A DNA stretch of 64,000 nucleotides from a virus (lineage: Duplodnaviria; Caudoviricetes): the IMG/VR virus record IMGVR_UViG_3300047323_000190, positions 1,346-65,345 of that record; one strand, 5' to 3'. Each line of letters opens with the position of its first letter. The stretch's first letter is position 1. The translations under genes and the position numbers were made by a program. The notes beneath the pieces are model-generated. The model worked only from the letters and a program-made list of their open reading frames with translations, was not told the DNA's origin and searched no databases. Positions 8,806 to 17,972 of the stretch are shown here, one piece after another.

Positions 8806-9069
8806 TCAAGCACCCCCATCGCTGTCGCTTGCTGCGATAGCGCGAATCTCTTCAGCGCATGCGCCTACTGCGGTTGCTTGGCCCATGCAGCGGTCCTTCT
8901 CGTACCAGTCCTGTTTCTCGTCGCAGACATTGGCGGCCTCTTCAAGAGCGGCCTCGCGAGATGCATTCCATGCGGCGAACGCGAACGAGATTTCGTACTG
9001 GCCGCCGCCAGCACGCACGAACCGGCCATGTTCTTCCCACCACTTCGTAAATTCGGGCGGCACTTTCAT
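8806..9069 (-). CDS. Hypothetical protein
   Basis: AAWNASREAALEEAA phage early-gene motif. Confidence 0.65.
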   Translation of the reverse strand: MKVPPEFTKWWEEHGRFVRAGGGQYEISFAFAAWNASREAALEEAANVCDEKQDWYEKDRCMGQATAVGACAEEIRAIAASDSDGGA

Positions 9070-9404
9070 GACGGCTCCTTTCCGAACGAGCCTTTCAACG
9101 CAGCCATCTCAGCCGCGCTCCGCCGTTCGTTCTGTTGATGAATCGTTTCGTGAATGTCGACGAACTCCAGATCGGCGCGTGCGGGCTGAAGTGTGTAGCC
9201 GCGTCGCGCCATCCACCAAAGGAAAATGTCGATCACGTAGATCTGGCCTTTGACCCACGTCACGTCCCCGATGTAATCCTTGTCATGGACCTTGATGGTC
9301 TGGTGGATCGCCTTGAATAGGTCTTTCTGGTCGTGGAAATCGCGCATAAAGCGTGGCAAATAGCGCCCTTCATGCAACCATCGATCTAGTCGGCTATTGC
9401 TCAC
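9066..9404 (-). CDS. Hypothetical phage protein
   Basis: YLP.FMRDFHDQKDLFK motif. Confidence 0.75.
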   Translation of the reverse strand: MSNSRLDRWLHEGRYLPRFMRDFHDQKDLFKAIHQTIKVHDKDYIGDVTWVKGQIYVIDIFLWWMARRGYTLQPARADLEFVDIHETIHQQNERRSAAEMAALKGSFGKEPS

Positions 9405-9592
9405 TGCGGCACCTCCTCAGTCTTCGCTTCTGCCTCGGCAATTACCATCCTGGATTCGTCGACGTAATCGCCCCACTGCTTCACCACCTCGCTGGCTCGC
9501 TGCACATCGCATTGAAAGCACTTCTCGCCCAGCGTCCTTCCGTGGCTGCAAACCCATGTGTAGGGTGTCGGCTCTGCGATCTTGATGCTCAT
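9401..9592 (-). CDS. Small Cys/His protein Y, copy B
   Basis: Paralog of 7239-7424. Confidence 0.7.
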   Translation of the reverse strand: MSIKIAEPTPYTWVCSHGRTLGEKCFQCDVQRASEVVKQWGDYVDESRMVIAEAEAKTEEVPQ

Positions 9593-9759
9593 TCTTTCGA
9601 CCTCTCGTAATTCGCCCATGCCTGTATAGCCTCGTTGACGGTTTGTTCGGGCCAGCCGCGTTGCAATAGCGCCGAGCGGAGCGCGCCCACCCGTCGAATG
9701 TACTGGCTGCGCGCCAGATTCACGGCGTCTCGAAGCGCTTGGTAGGCGTCATCGGTCAT
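9589..9759 (-). CDS. Small protein X, copy B
   Basis: Paralog of 7421-7591. Confidence 0.7.
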   Translation of the reverse strand: MTDDAYQALRDAVNLARSQYIRRVGALRSALLQRGWPEQTVNEAIQAWANYERSKE

Positions 9760-10041
9760 TCACGCCCCCACATTGATAGCAAACACCCGCACAGGCTCAG
9801 GCCCGAAGTGCGGATGCAGGATTGTTCGTTCGATGTAGCCGCGCCACGGCTTGAGGATGCGGCGCTCCCAGTCATCGGCTTTCGGATATCCCTTGGTCAG
9901 CACAATCCGCCCGTAGTGGCGACCGACGAGGCGCTTGGTCCAATACTCGTTGACAAGGCGATATTCCTCGGCCTTCGCGCCGCTGCGGATTGCGTCGAAG
10001 TATTCGGATTTGAGAGGTAGGACTAGGGTGGGTAGGGTCAT
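9760..10041 (-). CDS. ASCH/PUA-like domain protein
   Basis: L.L.LK.EYFDAI.SG.K.EEYR motif. Confidence 0.8.
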   Translation of the reverse strand: MTLPTLVLPLKSEYFDAIRSGAKAEEYRLVNEYWTKRLVGRHYGRIVLTKGYPKADDWERRILKPWRGYIERTILHPHFGPEPVRVFAINVGA

Positions 10042-10253
10042 CGCGATTCCTCAGTCAGGCCGCGCCAACGAGTAACGTCACGGAATGCCTCGTAGACGTT
10101 CATTAAGTCGGCGAAGCGTCCAAATCGGACGAACTCGGAGCCATTCCAGTACCCATCCGTACAGCAGCAATTGCAGCGCAGCGCTCGCGTTTGTATTTCA
10201 TACCAGCCGCGACGGACTGGCTCAATGCTCGCCGGAAACCAATCGGTTCTCAT
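10038..10253 (-). CDS. Hypothetical protein
   Basis: TDWFPA...PVR.GWYE...WRGL. Confidence 0.65.
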   Translation of the reverse strand: MRTDWFPASIEPVRRGWYEIQTRALRCNCCCTDGYWNGSEFVRFGRFADLMNVYEAFRDVTRWRGLTEESR

Positions 10254-10552
10254 CCCGCTTGCTCCTGAAACATATCGATCGTTCGCGTGTCGCGCTCCGG
10301 TTCGGGTTCGAGCGCCGCGAGAATGTCGCTCAGTCGGGTATTGCCGTCGCCGCCGTAGGGGATGCACTGGCCGTCCCACTTGTAGCGCTTTAGATCGGCC
10401 TCTGTCTTCATGTCTTCGCACACTTCAAACTTCGGATCGTAGGTATCACCCCAAGCTTCGGAGCCACACTCGCGGGCGCATTGATAGGCGTCGCCCTCGT
10501 CTTCTGCCATTACGATCATGTTGAAACTGACGACTACTGCGTAGGGTTTCAT
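10250..10552 (-). CDS. Hypothetical protein
   Basis: AAGGA SD; C-terminal LEPEPERDTRTIDMF. Confidence 0.7.
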   Translation of the reverse strand: MKPYAVVVSFNMIVMAEDEGDAYQCARECGSEAWGDTYDPKFEVCEDMKTEADLKRYKWDGQCIPYGGDGNTRLSDILAALEPEPERDTRTIDMFQEQAG

Positions 10553-10620
10553 GTTTTTGTCCTTGCGAAACGGTCTCAAACTGCTACGATCGGCTTACCC
10601 CAACCAGCCAGGATTCGCGC

Positions 10621-10842
10621 ATGAACGATGAAGTGTTTGAACCAGCGGATTTGAAATATATCGACTGCCTTAAGGCTCTTGCCGAGAATGGGCCTTGCGT
10701 AATCAACGATCAGTCGATCATTGATCATTGGACGCCTCCGCTTAAGAGCGAGGCATTTATCCGGCCTGTCAGCGGCCGTATGGAAGTTTTCGAAATCACT
10801 GATGCCGGCCGAAAATGGCTATCAGTGTCCGGCTATCAGTGA
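10621..10842 (+). CDS. Moron, winged-helix-like small protein on the opposite strand
   Basis: AGGA SD; EITDAGRKWL; lower GC. Confidence 0.6.
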   Translation: MNDEVFEPADLKYIDCLKALAENGPCVINDQSIIDHWTPPLKSEAFIRPVSGRMEVFEITDAGRKWLSVSGYQ

Positions 10843-10864
10843 GGCGAGGCGAATTCGGGGTCGC

Positions 10865-11193
10865 TCATGAGTGCCGCCCCTCATTCGCCGCGATAGCGTC
10901 GTCAATCTGCACCATGAACAGCCAGTAGCGGCCTGACTCCATGCACCCGCCGGCAATCTGTTCGATCTGCTTGCGGGACAATTTCCCCCCCCATCCCCCT
11001 CCACCTTCCGCAAAGACGCTGCGTATAGCGTGGCTAGCTCTGTTTTGGCGGTGAGTTGGGATTCGAGGGCGGCGATGCGGGCGGCTTGCTGTTCGATCAG
11101 GTCTGCGGCTTCCGTTGCGATCGAAGGTACACTCGGAATGGGAGCGCGCAGTTCGTGAAATTCGCGCAGGCGCTTAATCAGTTCATCACTCAT
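10865..11193 (-). pseudogene. Hypothetical gene apparently frameshifted at a G8 tract
   Basis: C8 at 10985-10992; one extra G joins a protein-like tail ending at an ATGA junction. Confidence 0.45.
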
Positions 11194-12392
11194 TTCGTGT
11201 CTCCGCTTGCGGATTGAGCGGCGGTCAGGGCGTCTAGCGTATCGTTGATGGCTTGAGAGGCAGCGGATCGGAACGTCGCATGCGGCTTCAGTCGCTCGCA
11301 CTGCGCGTGAACGCGTTCAGCAATCTCCCACTTCTGCGCGGCGGTGAGCGTTGTCTGTGCTGGCTGATCGTCTTGAAGCCAGCGTTCAATTATTTTCTGA
11401 GTCGCGGGATTATTGTTCTTGGTGAGCGCTGTCTGTGCTGGCAGCGCGGCCAGCATGCCTTCAATTGCGCTTCGGGCTTCCTCAAGCGTCGCGGGCGAGA
11501 AGTTGTATTGGTCGGTACTGGCGGTCCAGCCGCACTCATTGCCAATGCGCGGATACTGGCCCGGCGAGTAGGGTCGCGGTAGCTCGGCGTTCCAGACAAA
11601 CACGACTTCATCAACCTTGGTCGTGTCCTTCCAGCCATCGCCGTTCATCTTGCCGACGCCTTTTAGAATCACCGCCTCCGCACCCTGCGCCACATTGGCG
11701 GAAGTTGATGCGGCGCGGGCTTTTATCCAGCCAACCATGTTGTGACGAATGTCGAAAGCAACGCTAGAGCACTGGACTTTGTTTCCGCCGCCGTCCATAC
11801 GTGACATGCTTTCGTAGCTTTCCGCGTAGCCTTCGAGCATTCGAATCGCAGCTTGCGCAAACGCCCCGCGCTCGTCCTGCTCGACCGATGGCGCTGGCGC
11901 GGCAGATTGCGCCTCCGCAGCGGCGTCAGACGGCTGGGCTGACAGTGCCGCGCGGGCTTGCCAGCCACGCCAAGCGCGCTGCGTATCGAAATCGTCATAG
12001 AACTCGCCATCGCGCTCAAGGCGTGGCGTCAGGTCAAGCTCACCCGTTCGAATCCACGCCTCAAACGCCGCCCGCTCGTCTACCGCATCGGCTGTCACCT
12101 TTTCGGTGGTGGCGGGAAGCCTCGCGAGCGTCTCGGATACCACTGCGCGAGCAAACGCGTAGAACTTCTGTTTCTGGTCGCCGTCTTCGTGGTACGTCGT
12201 CAAGCCAGCACCCTGCCATATCACGTCGATGACGCGCTCAGGAAAGTCCACCGCCACAGGCTGCGCATCGGCTGTCACCTTTTCGGCGGGATGATCTAAT
12301 TCAGGGAACAACGGCTTAAACTCGCCTTGTATGGCTCCACGGATTTCTTCCAGGTCAGGATTGCTGGCATAGGAGCGAATGTCTTTGTTCAC
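11190..12392 (-). CDS. Mosaic early protein with internal repeats
   Basis: Repeated EKVTADA and DERAAF segments; GAGGAG SD before GTG. Confidence 0.75.
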   Translation of the reverse strand: MNKDIRSYASNPDLEEIRGAIQGEFKPLFPELDHPAEKVTADAQPVAVDFPERVIDVIWQGAGLTTYHEDGDQKQKFYAFARAVVSETLARLPATTEKVTADAVDERAAFEAWIRTGELDLTPRLERDGEFYDDFDTQRAWRGWQARAALSAQPSDAAAEAQSAAPAPSVEQDERGAFAQAAIRMLEGYAESYESMSRMDGGGNKVQCSSVAFDIRHNMVGWIKARAASTSANVAQGAEAVILKGVGKMNGDGWKDTTKVDEVVFVWNAELPRPYSPGQYPRIGNECGWTASTDQYNFSPATLEEARSAIEGMLAALPAQTALTKNNNPATQKIIERWLQDDQPAQTTLTAAQKWEIAERVHAQCERLKPHATFRSAASQAINDTLDALTAAQSASGDTK

Positions 12393-12396
12393 AGTG

Positions 12397-12543
12397 TTAC
12401 TCCTCAATCAATTCGTATTCACCTGCAATCAGACGGGCCGCGAGAGCCAAGCGGCACTTGGCTCGAAGATCGGGTGACAAACCGGATGCGAAGCCATCGA
12501 ACTCATGGATATAGCGCAGGGTCAGTTTTGCAAGGTTGCTCAT
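12397..12543 (-). CDS. Hypothetical small protein
   Basis: Coupled ORF MSNLAKL. Confidence 0.5.
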   Translation of the reverse strand: MSNLAKLTLRYIHEFDGFASGLSPDLRAKCRLALAARLIAGEYELIEE

Positions 12544-12818
12544 TGCGACGCTCCGGTAGTCAGCGCATCTGCTGTCGGCGTAATGGGGGCGGTGGAGAGG
12601 GCGGCTTGCCAGACTTCCAGATACGTCAGTCGTGGCCATACGCCGCGCTTTTTGAACCATGCCTCGAACGCCGCGCGCTCATCAGACTGCGCATCGGCTG
12701 TCGGCGCAATGGGTTCGACGAGCGGATAGCTCGACTTGTTCGGAGTTGAATTGGGCGCGCACATCCAACCGCAGTGGCGGCATTCGCGCAAAGCTTCGAT
12801 CATTCGTTGTTCGCTCAT
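12540..12818 (-). CDS. Hypothetical protein
   Basis: CRHCG and DERAAFEAW. Confidence 0.6.
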   Translation of the reverse strand: MSEQRMIEALRECRHCGWMCAPNSTPNKSSYPLVEPIAPTADAQSDERAAFEAWFKKRGVWPRLTYLEVWQAALSTAPITPTADALTTGASQ

Positions 12819-12842
12819 ATTCGTCTCGTTCTTGCTGCGTTG

Positions 12843-13061
12843 TTAGGCGGACTCGGGCGTGATCTTCACGCGATACCGGCCTTCGTCGAGGTTCACGATT
12901 ACCTCCAGATCATTCACGGCGATCAGATGTGCGACGGCCCCGTTGATGCACTGCGCCGTCACGTCTTGCTTGCTCGTCGCAACGCCGCCCTTCGACTTGC
13001 CGATGTAGATTCGATGCGTCAGCGGGGACATCCACATTTCGAGATTGGTTCGGATGCTCAT
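12843..13061 (-). CDS. Hypothetical protein
   Basis: SPLT.RIY.G....K.DVT motif. Confidence 0.65.
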   Translation of the reverse strand: MSIRTNLEMWMSPLTHRIYIGKSKGGVATSKQDVTAQCINGAVAHLIAVNDLEVIVNLDEGRYRVKITPESA

Positions 13062-13229
13062 GTTCACTCGCCGGCCAATGCCGACCCTTGGTATAAAAAG
13101 CGGGGCCGAGACTGCGCCCCTAAGCGCCCATGCGGAGATCACCGCACGGATTCGGGGAAATAAGGTGCCGCTGCATTCGGCTTATCGGGAAACGCTTGCG
13201 CCAATCCGTGCGATGCTGCGGCGGTAGGG

Positions 13230-13883
13230 TTAGGCGGCTTGCTGGCGAAGCATCTGCTCGTATGCCGTGACGCGCTTTTCGAACGTCAGGAGTTTGGCCA
13301 CCATGTCATCGATAAAGTCGTCGTCGCGCATCACTCGCTTGTAGAACAGGTCTTTCCCGACATGCTCGAGCGCCGGCACGTATTGAATAAAATCGCACCA
13401 CTTACGCCCGCTGATGAACATTCCTAGCTGCATCTGGTGCATGTACTCGGACACGTCGAACGTGGTCAGCATGTCCATAATCTTCACGCTATCGACCGGA
13501 CATTTGATTTCGATCAGGCCGTCATCGCCGACCAAGCCATCCGTCGAGTAGCCGAACAGCCGGTCATCGGTGAGCATCACACCCGACTCAGACGCGAGAT
13601 TGCCGGTGCGGGCTTCATATTCAAGTCGCGCCAGCTTCTCTAGTTCGTGACCGCGCTCAAGCGTCCATGCTTTCACTGGCTCGCCGTACGGCACGCCGCT
13701 GATGCGTTCGAACGCCAAGTCATAGGCGTACTTGTCGGACGCCGCAGTCGGATCACCGGGGTTCTTGTCACCCGATTTCCGCGAGAGAACCGAGATTGCA
13801 TCTGCGGCGCGCGATGCAGTGATAGCTGCACAACGGGCGTTCAACCATTCCTGGCTACCCTGGGCACAATGGATGAGAATCAC
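13230..13883 (-). CDS. Lambda-exonuclease/YqaJ-family exonuclease
   Basis: QGS.EW...R...TAS...G.ELE..AR...S.DGL...EIKCP...Q.Q. Confidence 0.93.
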   Translation of the reverse strand: MILIHCAQGSQEWLNARCAAITASRAADAISVLSRKSGDKNPGDPTAASDKYAYDLAFERISGVPYGEPVKAWTLERGHELEKLARLEYEARTGNLASESGVMLTDDRLFGYSTDGLVGDDGLIEIKCPVDSVKIMDMLTTFDVSEYMHQMQLGMFISGRKWCDFIQYVPALEHVGKDLFYKRVMRDDDFIDDMVAKLLTFEKRVTAYEQMLRQQAA

Positions 13884-14773
13884 TTTTGATCTCCTTGTTC
13901 TGCGGCGATCTGCCGTGCAAACTCGTCGCTGAAATCATCGTCGCCCGGTTCACGTTGAACGGCGGCCCTGGCGACGACGAACGTCTTGCCTTTCGCCTCA
14001 ACCGTCGCCTTGAATGTGTTGTAAGCGGTCATGTCTTTCGCGGCCTTGATTTCACGCACGCCGTTCGTCCAGACAGCTTTCAACTTGTCCGCGTCTACTG
14101 CAGCATTCGCTGCGTCAACCCATTTCTGCGTCAGCGCGGGATCAGTGGCCGGGCCAGCGTCGGCGAATTGCTCGCGGATCGTCTCGTCCAAATCCTCCAG
14201 ATCCTGCGCAAAGATGTCCGAGCAACCAAGCGCCGTCAGCGTCAGGTCGATCTGGGCTCGTTTCTTCGCCATCTTCAGGACCGTGTTCGACATGTCGGCA
14301 GGCGAGACGCGAATCTGCTTCGTCTGCTGTACCTTGTTCTGCCACTTGCCCCACTTGATGCGGCGATCCGTTTCGTCAGCGGCTTCGTATTCCTCGTCGC
14401 AGACCGCGCGGCGCCATGCATACTTATCCTCGCCAGTGGAGCACTCACCCACCCCATAGCCGACTTCATAGTTGGTGCCAATGTGGCGGCCTACGCATTT
14501 GACGCGGTAGCGGATCTCGCGCACACGCCCGCGATCATCGCGGCTGGTGAATTCCTCGACAATCGGCTCGACTGCAATCCGAAAGGTGGAAAGCAAAGCC
14601 TCCGAGCCAGCCTTGTACAAGCTCGGCTGCTTGCATCCGGGAATGATCCCGTAATGGACGTTTTCCTTCATGACCGACTGCATCACCGTCTGAATCGTGC
14701 GAGCGGTCTGCAGCGTGTCCTGCACCGATATGGGCGCACTCTCGCGCCGCGGCATTTCGATTACTTCGTTCAT
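13880..14773 (-). CDS. Putative single-strand annealing (recombination) protein
   Basis: HYG.IPG...PSL.KAG.E...NT.LKMA.KRA..D...F.QD; directly upstream of the exonuclease. Confidence 0.6.
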   Translation of the reverse strand: MNEVIEMPRRESAPISVQDTLQTARTIQTVMQSVMKENVHYGIIPGCKQPSLYKAGSEALLSTFRIAVEPIVEEFTSRDDRGRVREIRYRVKCVGRHIGTNYEVGYGVGECSTGEDKYAWRRAVCDEEYEAADETDRRIKWGKWQNKVQQTKQIRVSPADMSNTVLKMAKKRAQIDLTLTALGCSDIFAQDLEDLDETIREQFADAGPATDPALTQKWVDAANAAVDADKLKAVWTNGVREIKAAKDMTAYNTFKATVEAKGKTFVVARAAVQREPGDDDFSDEFARQIAAEQGDQK

Positions 14774-16086
14774 GCTGCCTCCTTTTGTTCGATGCGACGC
14801 TGGATTAGCTCGCTGCGCCACTTGTTCAGTTCGGTGGAAAGCGATTCGATGCCGTGGAAGATCGGTTCCGCGTTGCCGCAGCAGACGTACCCCATATCGA
14901 ATTCAGGGTGGCCGCAGCAGTCTTGGCCGATCGGTCGAGCGATTTCTTGCAGCACGTCTTCAAGCATTCCAAGGCCGTCATTGGCGAAGTGCAGGGCATG
15001 CAGACGCGCAACCTCGGCTTCGAGTGCGGCGCGCTCGACTTCTGCCTTCGCTTCGCGCTCCTTGCGTTCGGCCTCGGCTGCTTGCTCCGCTGCGATCCGC
15101 TCCTGCTCCGCGAAGATCCAATCCGCTTCAGCCTGGGCCGCAGCGGCACGCTCTGCCTCTGCCTTTTCCGCCGCTTCCCGTGTGATGCGTTCCTGTTCAG
15201 CCTTGGCTCGGTCGATCTCGGCTTGCTGCCTGGCTAATTCGGCACGCTCCGCGGCCATGCGTGCTTCATGCGCTGCACGCTCGGCGTCGATCGCCTCTTG
15301 AGCGAGACGTTGCGCTTCACGGCTCTCAGCCTCTTCCTGTTCGCGGACTTCGCGATCGCGGCGCTCCTGTTCAAGGCGGGCGGCACGGTCTTTCGCTTCC
15401 TGTGCAACTCGCTCCTCGGCGGCGATACGCTCGCGTTCTTCCTGCTCTGCCCGAAGTCGCGCCAGTTCCTCACGTTCCGCCTGCAGGCGCTTCGCCTCAG
15501 CTTCGTGCGCCAATTGCGCCGACAGCATCTCGCCCATCTTGGAGAGCGCTGAAATCTTGGCTACCTCACACTCGCCTGCGAACTCGGCAAAATCTTCTAG
15601 CGTGATCTGCACCGCCTCCAGCCCTTCAATTGCCGCCGCAATCGTTGCCGACTGCTTGCCGACCAGCATGGAAGGAATCGACTGCATTTCGGCGATGCGC
15701 TTGCGGATTGCGTCGACTCGGGCTTTCTCGGCGGCCAGCTTTGCATGGCGCTCAACCTCGACTGCGGCATCCCATGCATCCCTTAACTTCTGGAGTCGCG
15801 CTTCCTCGGCCTGCGTAATCTCGATAAGGCGCTTTTCTTCGGCGATCACCGCTTTACCGAACTTGACAGCATCGTCCCGCGCATCCTTACCGGCGTTCTC
15901 AATGGCGATTCGCGCGTTCTTCAGCGTCATGTACGCTGCATGAGCCTGCTCGCGCCCGGCCTTGTTCTTGATCTCTACAATGTCGCTGTACTTCTTCGAG
16001 AGTTCGATCAAGGACTTTTCATGTTCGGCGGCGCCAAGTGCTACGGCTGCGCGTTCGGGCACGGTCAGTTCTTTGGACTCGCTCAT
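14770..16086 (-). CDS. Long coiled-coil protein
   Basis: E/A/R-rich helical sequence next to recombination genes. Confidence 0.8.
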   Translation of the reverse strand: MSESKELTVPERAAVALGAAEHEKSLIELSKKYSDIVEIKNKAGREQAHAAYMTLKNARIAIENAGKDARDDAVKFGKAVIAEEKRLIEITQAEEARLQKLRDAWDAAVEVERHAKLAAEKARVDAIRKRIAEMQSIPSMLVGKQSATIAAAIEGLEAVQITLEDFAEFAGECEVAKISALSKMGEMLSAQLAHEAEAKRLQAEREELARLRAEQEERERIAAEERVAQEAKDRAARLEQERRDREVREQEEAESREAQRLAQEAIDAERAAHEARMAAERAELARQQAEIDRAKAEQERITREAAEKAEAERAAAAQAEADWIFAEQERIAAEQAAEAERKEREAKAEVERAALEAEVARLHALHFANDGLGMLEDVLQEIARPIGQDCCGHPEFDMGYVCCGNAEPIFHGIESLSTELNKWRSELIQRRIEQKEAA

Positions 16087-16388
16087 GCGACCACCCCGCT
16101 CGCATCGAACGTCAGGCACTTAAGCTGCGCGAGCGCATCATCAATCTTCGCCGCGGCCTTCGTGAACTCTTCGGTCAGCTTTTCCCTTTTGGCAAGCAGG
16201 CATTGCACTTGCCCGGACAAGATATCCACGTCGGGAGCATCGACTTCGATCGTGTGAGCGCACAACGGAATGTAGCCCTGCGAGACCCAAAACCTCGTTT
16301 CCTCGCCATCCCAGAAACTGATCTTAGGATTCGCCGGGTTGTATTCATTGGGCTGCGCATACAGCCATCCGGATATGACGATCTTCAT
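16083..16388 (-). CDS. Hypothetical protein
   Basis: Coupled ORF with SD. Confidence 0.65.
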   Translation of the reverse strand: MKIVISGWLYAQPNEYNPANPKISFWDGEETRFWVSQGYIPLCAHTIEVDAPDVDILSGQVQCLLAKREKLTEEFTKAAAKIDDALAQLKCLTFDASGVVA

Positions 16389-16411
16389 TTTCTTTCCCCT
16401 TCGTTATTCAG

Positions 16412-16633
16412 TTAGAGCAGGTAGTCGCCCTTCGGATACGGAAGATTCCGTCGCGCCAGTTCCTTGCCTAAGCTATTCAGCTTGGCGCGGCAGGCGTTAC
16501 GGGCGGTCGTTTCTGAGGACCAGTTTGATTCGGCGGCGTTGTAGAACGACATCCGCTCGGACTGCTTCCTGACCGCTTCCGTCAGTTCCTCGTCGGTCAA
16601 TTCTTCGAAGGTCGGTTGTGCGATTGCGTTCAT
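16412..16633 (-). CDS. Hypothetical protein
   Basis: Coupled ORF MNAIAQPTF. Confidence 0.55.
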   Translation of the reverse strand: MNAIAQPTFEELTDEELTEAVRKQSERMSFYNAAESNWSSETTARNACRAKLNSLGKELARRNLPYPKGDYLL

Positions 16634-16815
16634 TGCGCGCTCCGTGCATGCAATTCGGGTTGATAGTGGCCGTCGTAGTCTCGGGCCAGCAACCACCGCG
16701 ATCCGAGCGCCTTGATAGCCTGCAGGCGCTTGTTCTCGTTGATCGCGGCGAGGCGTTCGTCGGGAGCCAGAGCGGTCGAAATGTGACGGAGATCCGTGTT
16801 TTTCGGGATGTTCAT
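16630..16815 (-). CDS. Hypothetical protein
   Basis: AIKALGSRWLLA motif; coupled. Confidence 0.6.
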   Translation of the reverse strand: MNIPKNTDLRHISTALAPDERLAAINENKRLQAIKALGSRWLLARDYDGHYQPELHARSAQ

Positions 16816-17147
16816 TGCGCCTCCTCAATGGCTTGGATTGCGGCGAGTCGCGCCAGAAGTTGATTCTTTTCGGCGCGTAACGCGTCCTCGTACCGGACTT
16901 GCATGATTGCCAGCGCATGCCTAGCCAGTTCAGGGAAGCGCAGCTTGATCACCTCGCCGAGCGCCGCATCGAAGTAAGCCGACTTCCAATAGTTCTGCGC
17001 ACTCGGGCTTGCCTGATGCTCAATTTCCGTCGTCACGACCACCCGGTGGACTTTTCCGCAAGTACGCAAGTGCGGCTCAGGCTCACCAACAAGGTTGGCG
17101 TAATCACGAGCCAGTTTCCATTCGCGTTTCAGATCGTCGGCTTTCAT
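16812..17147 (-). CDS. Hypothetical protein
   Basis: Coupled ORF. Confidence 0.6.
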   Translation of the reverse strand: MKADDLKREWKLARDYANLVGEPEPHLRTCGKVHRVVVTTEIEHQASPSAQNYWKSAYFDAALGEVIKLRFPELARHALAIMQVRYEDALRAEKNQLLARLAAIQAIEEAQ

Positions 17148-17351
17148 CTACACTCCCAAAATCGATTTAATAGCCAGCGCCGCGATGGCGACTACTGCAG
17201 CAGCGGTAGTCCACATAAGGATTTCTGCGCGCTGACGGTCGTTGTGTGCATCGCGTTGCGCTTCTTCGCGGTGTTGCCATTCGGCCAGCTTGGCGCGGCC
17301 AGCATCGCTAACGGTCAGTACGTAATCGTCGGTGCGTTCGTAGGTCAGCAT
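17148..17351 (-). CDS. Small protein with C-terminal TM segment
   Basis: Hydrophobic C-terminus. Confidence 0.6.
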   Translation of the reverse strand: MLTYERTDDYVLTVSDAGRAKLAEWQHREEAQRDAHNDRQRAEILMWTTAAAVVAIAALAIKSILGV

Positions 17352-17647
17352 TACCAGCCTCCCGTGCCGTCTTGTCCATGAGACGTGGTCGATTCAAAAA
17401 GTGCCTGTTCATGATCGATCTCGCGGCGGAGCCAATCGGGATGGTTCGCGTTGCGATCGCCAACACTCGCCTGAAAAGCAGCGTTCTGACCCGTGCGCTT
17501 TTCCTGTTGCTTTGCCTTGCAAGACTTCGAGCAGAACAATCCCCATCCGCGCTTAACGTCAGCCTTTCGTGCCATGAACGGCTTGCGGCACCATTTGCAT
17601 TTGCGCTCGACCATTACAGGCGGCGGATACTGCTTAGACGCGTCCAT
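17351..17647 (-). CDS. Zinc-finger-like protein
   Basis: CKWC.K.F.AR.AD.KRGW..FCSKSC. Confidence 0.7.
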   Translation of the reverse strand: MDASKQYPPPVMVERKCKWCRKPFMARKADVKRGWGLFCSKSCKAKQQEKRTGQNAAFQASVGDRNANHPDWLRREIDHEQALFESTTSHGQDGTGGW

Positions 17648-17837
17648 GCCACTCCCCCACTCCAAGCCCGCGCGCCTCGGCGTCGAGACGATCCCAATAG
17701 CGGTCATCCCATTCGGCGGCTCGTTCGGCTTCCGTCTGCGGCGGCTCGCCGTCAAGGTGCGCGTCTGCCGCCCTATCCTGCAGGAACTCATATTCCCGTT
17801 GCTGCTGCTTAAACTTGCGAAGGCTTCGGTATGCCAT
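17634..17837 (-). CDS. Hypothetical protein
   Basis: ORF with GAGG SD. Confidence 0.5.
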   Translation of the reverse strand: MAYRSLRKFKQQQREYEFLQDRAADAHLDGEPPQTEAERAAEWDDRYWDRLDAEARGLGVGEWHGRV

Positions 17838-17972
17838 TTTCGTAGTCCTCAATTCGTGTGATATTGGAACCCTGGCGGGTGACGGCTGCGTTCAACCGGC
17901 AATCGTCAGGTGCCCGCTTCCCACGGGCTGCGGCTTATAGTTGCTCAGAGCGGCCGTCGCTTAGAAAAGACA

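Noticed and set aside
13886-15301. Long antisense ORFs (471 aa here; also 43768-45423, 41197-42288 and others)
   Set aside because: Shadow frames of GC-rich genes with clear sense-strand products; no motifs or SD
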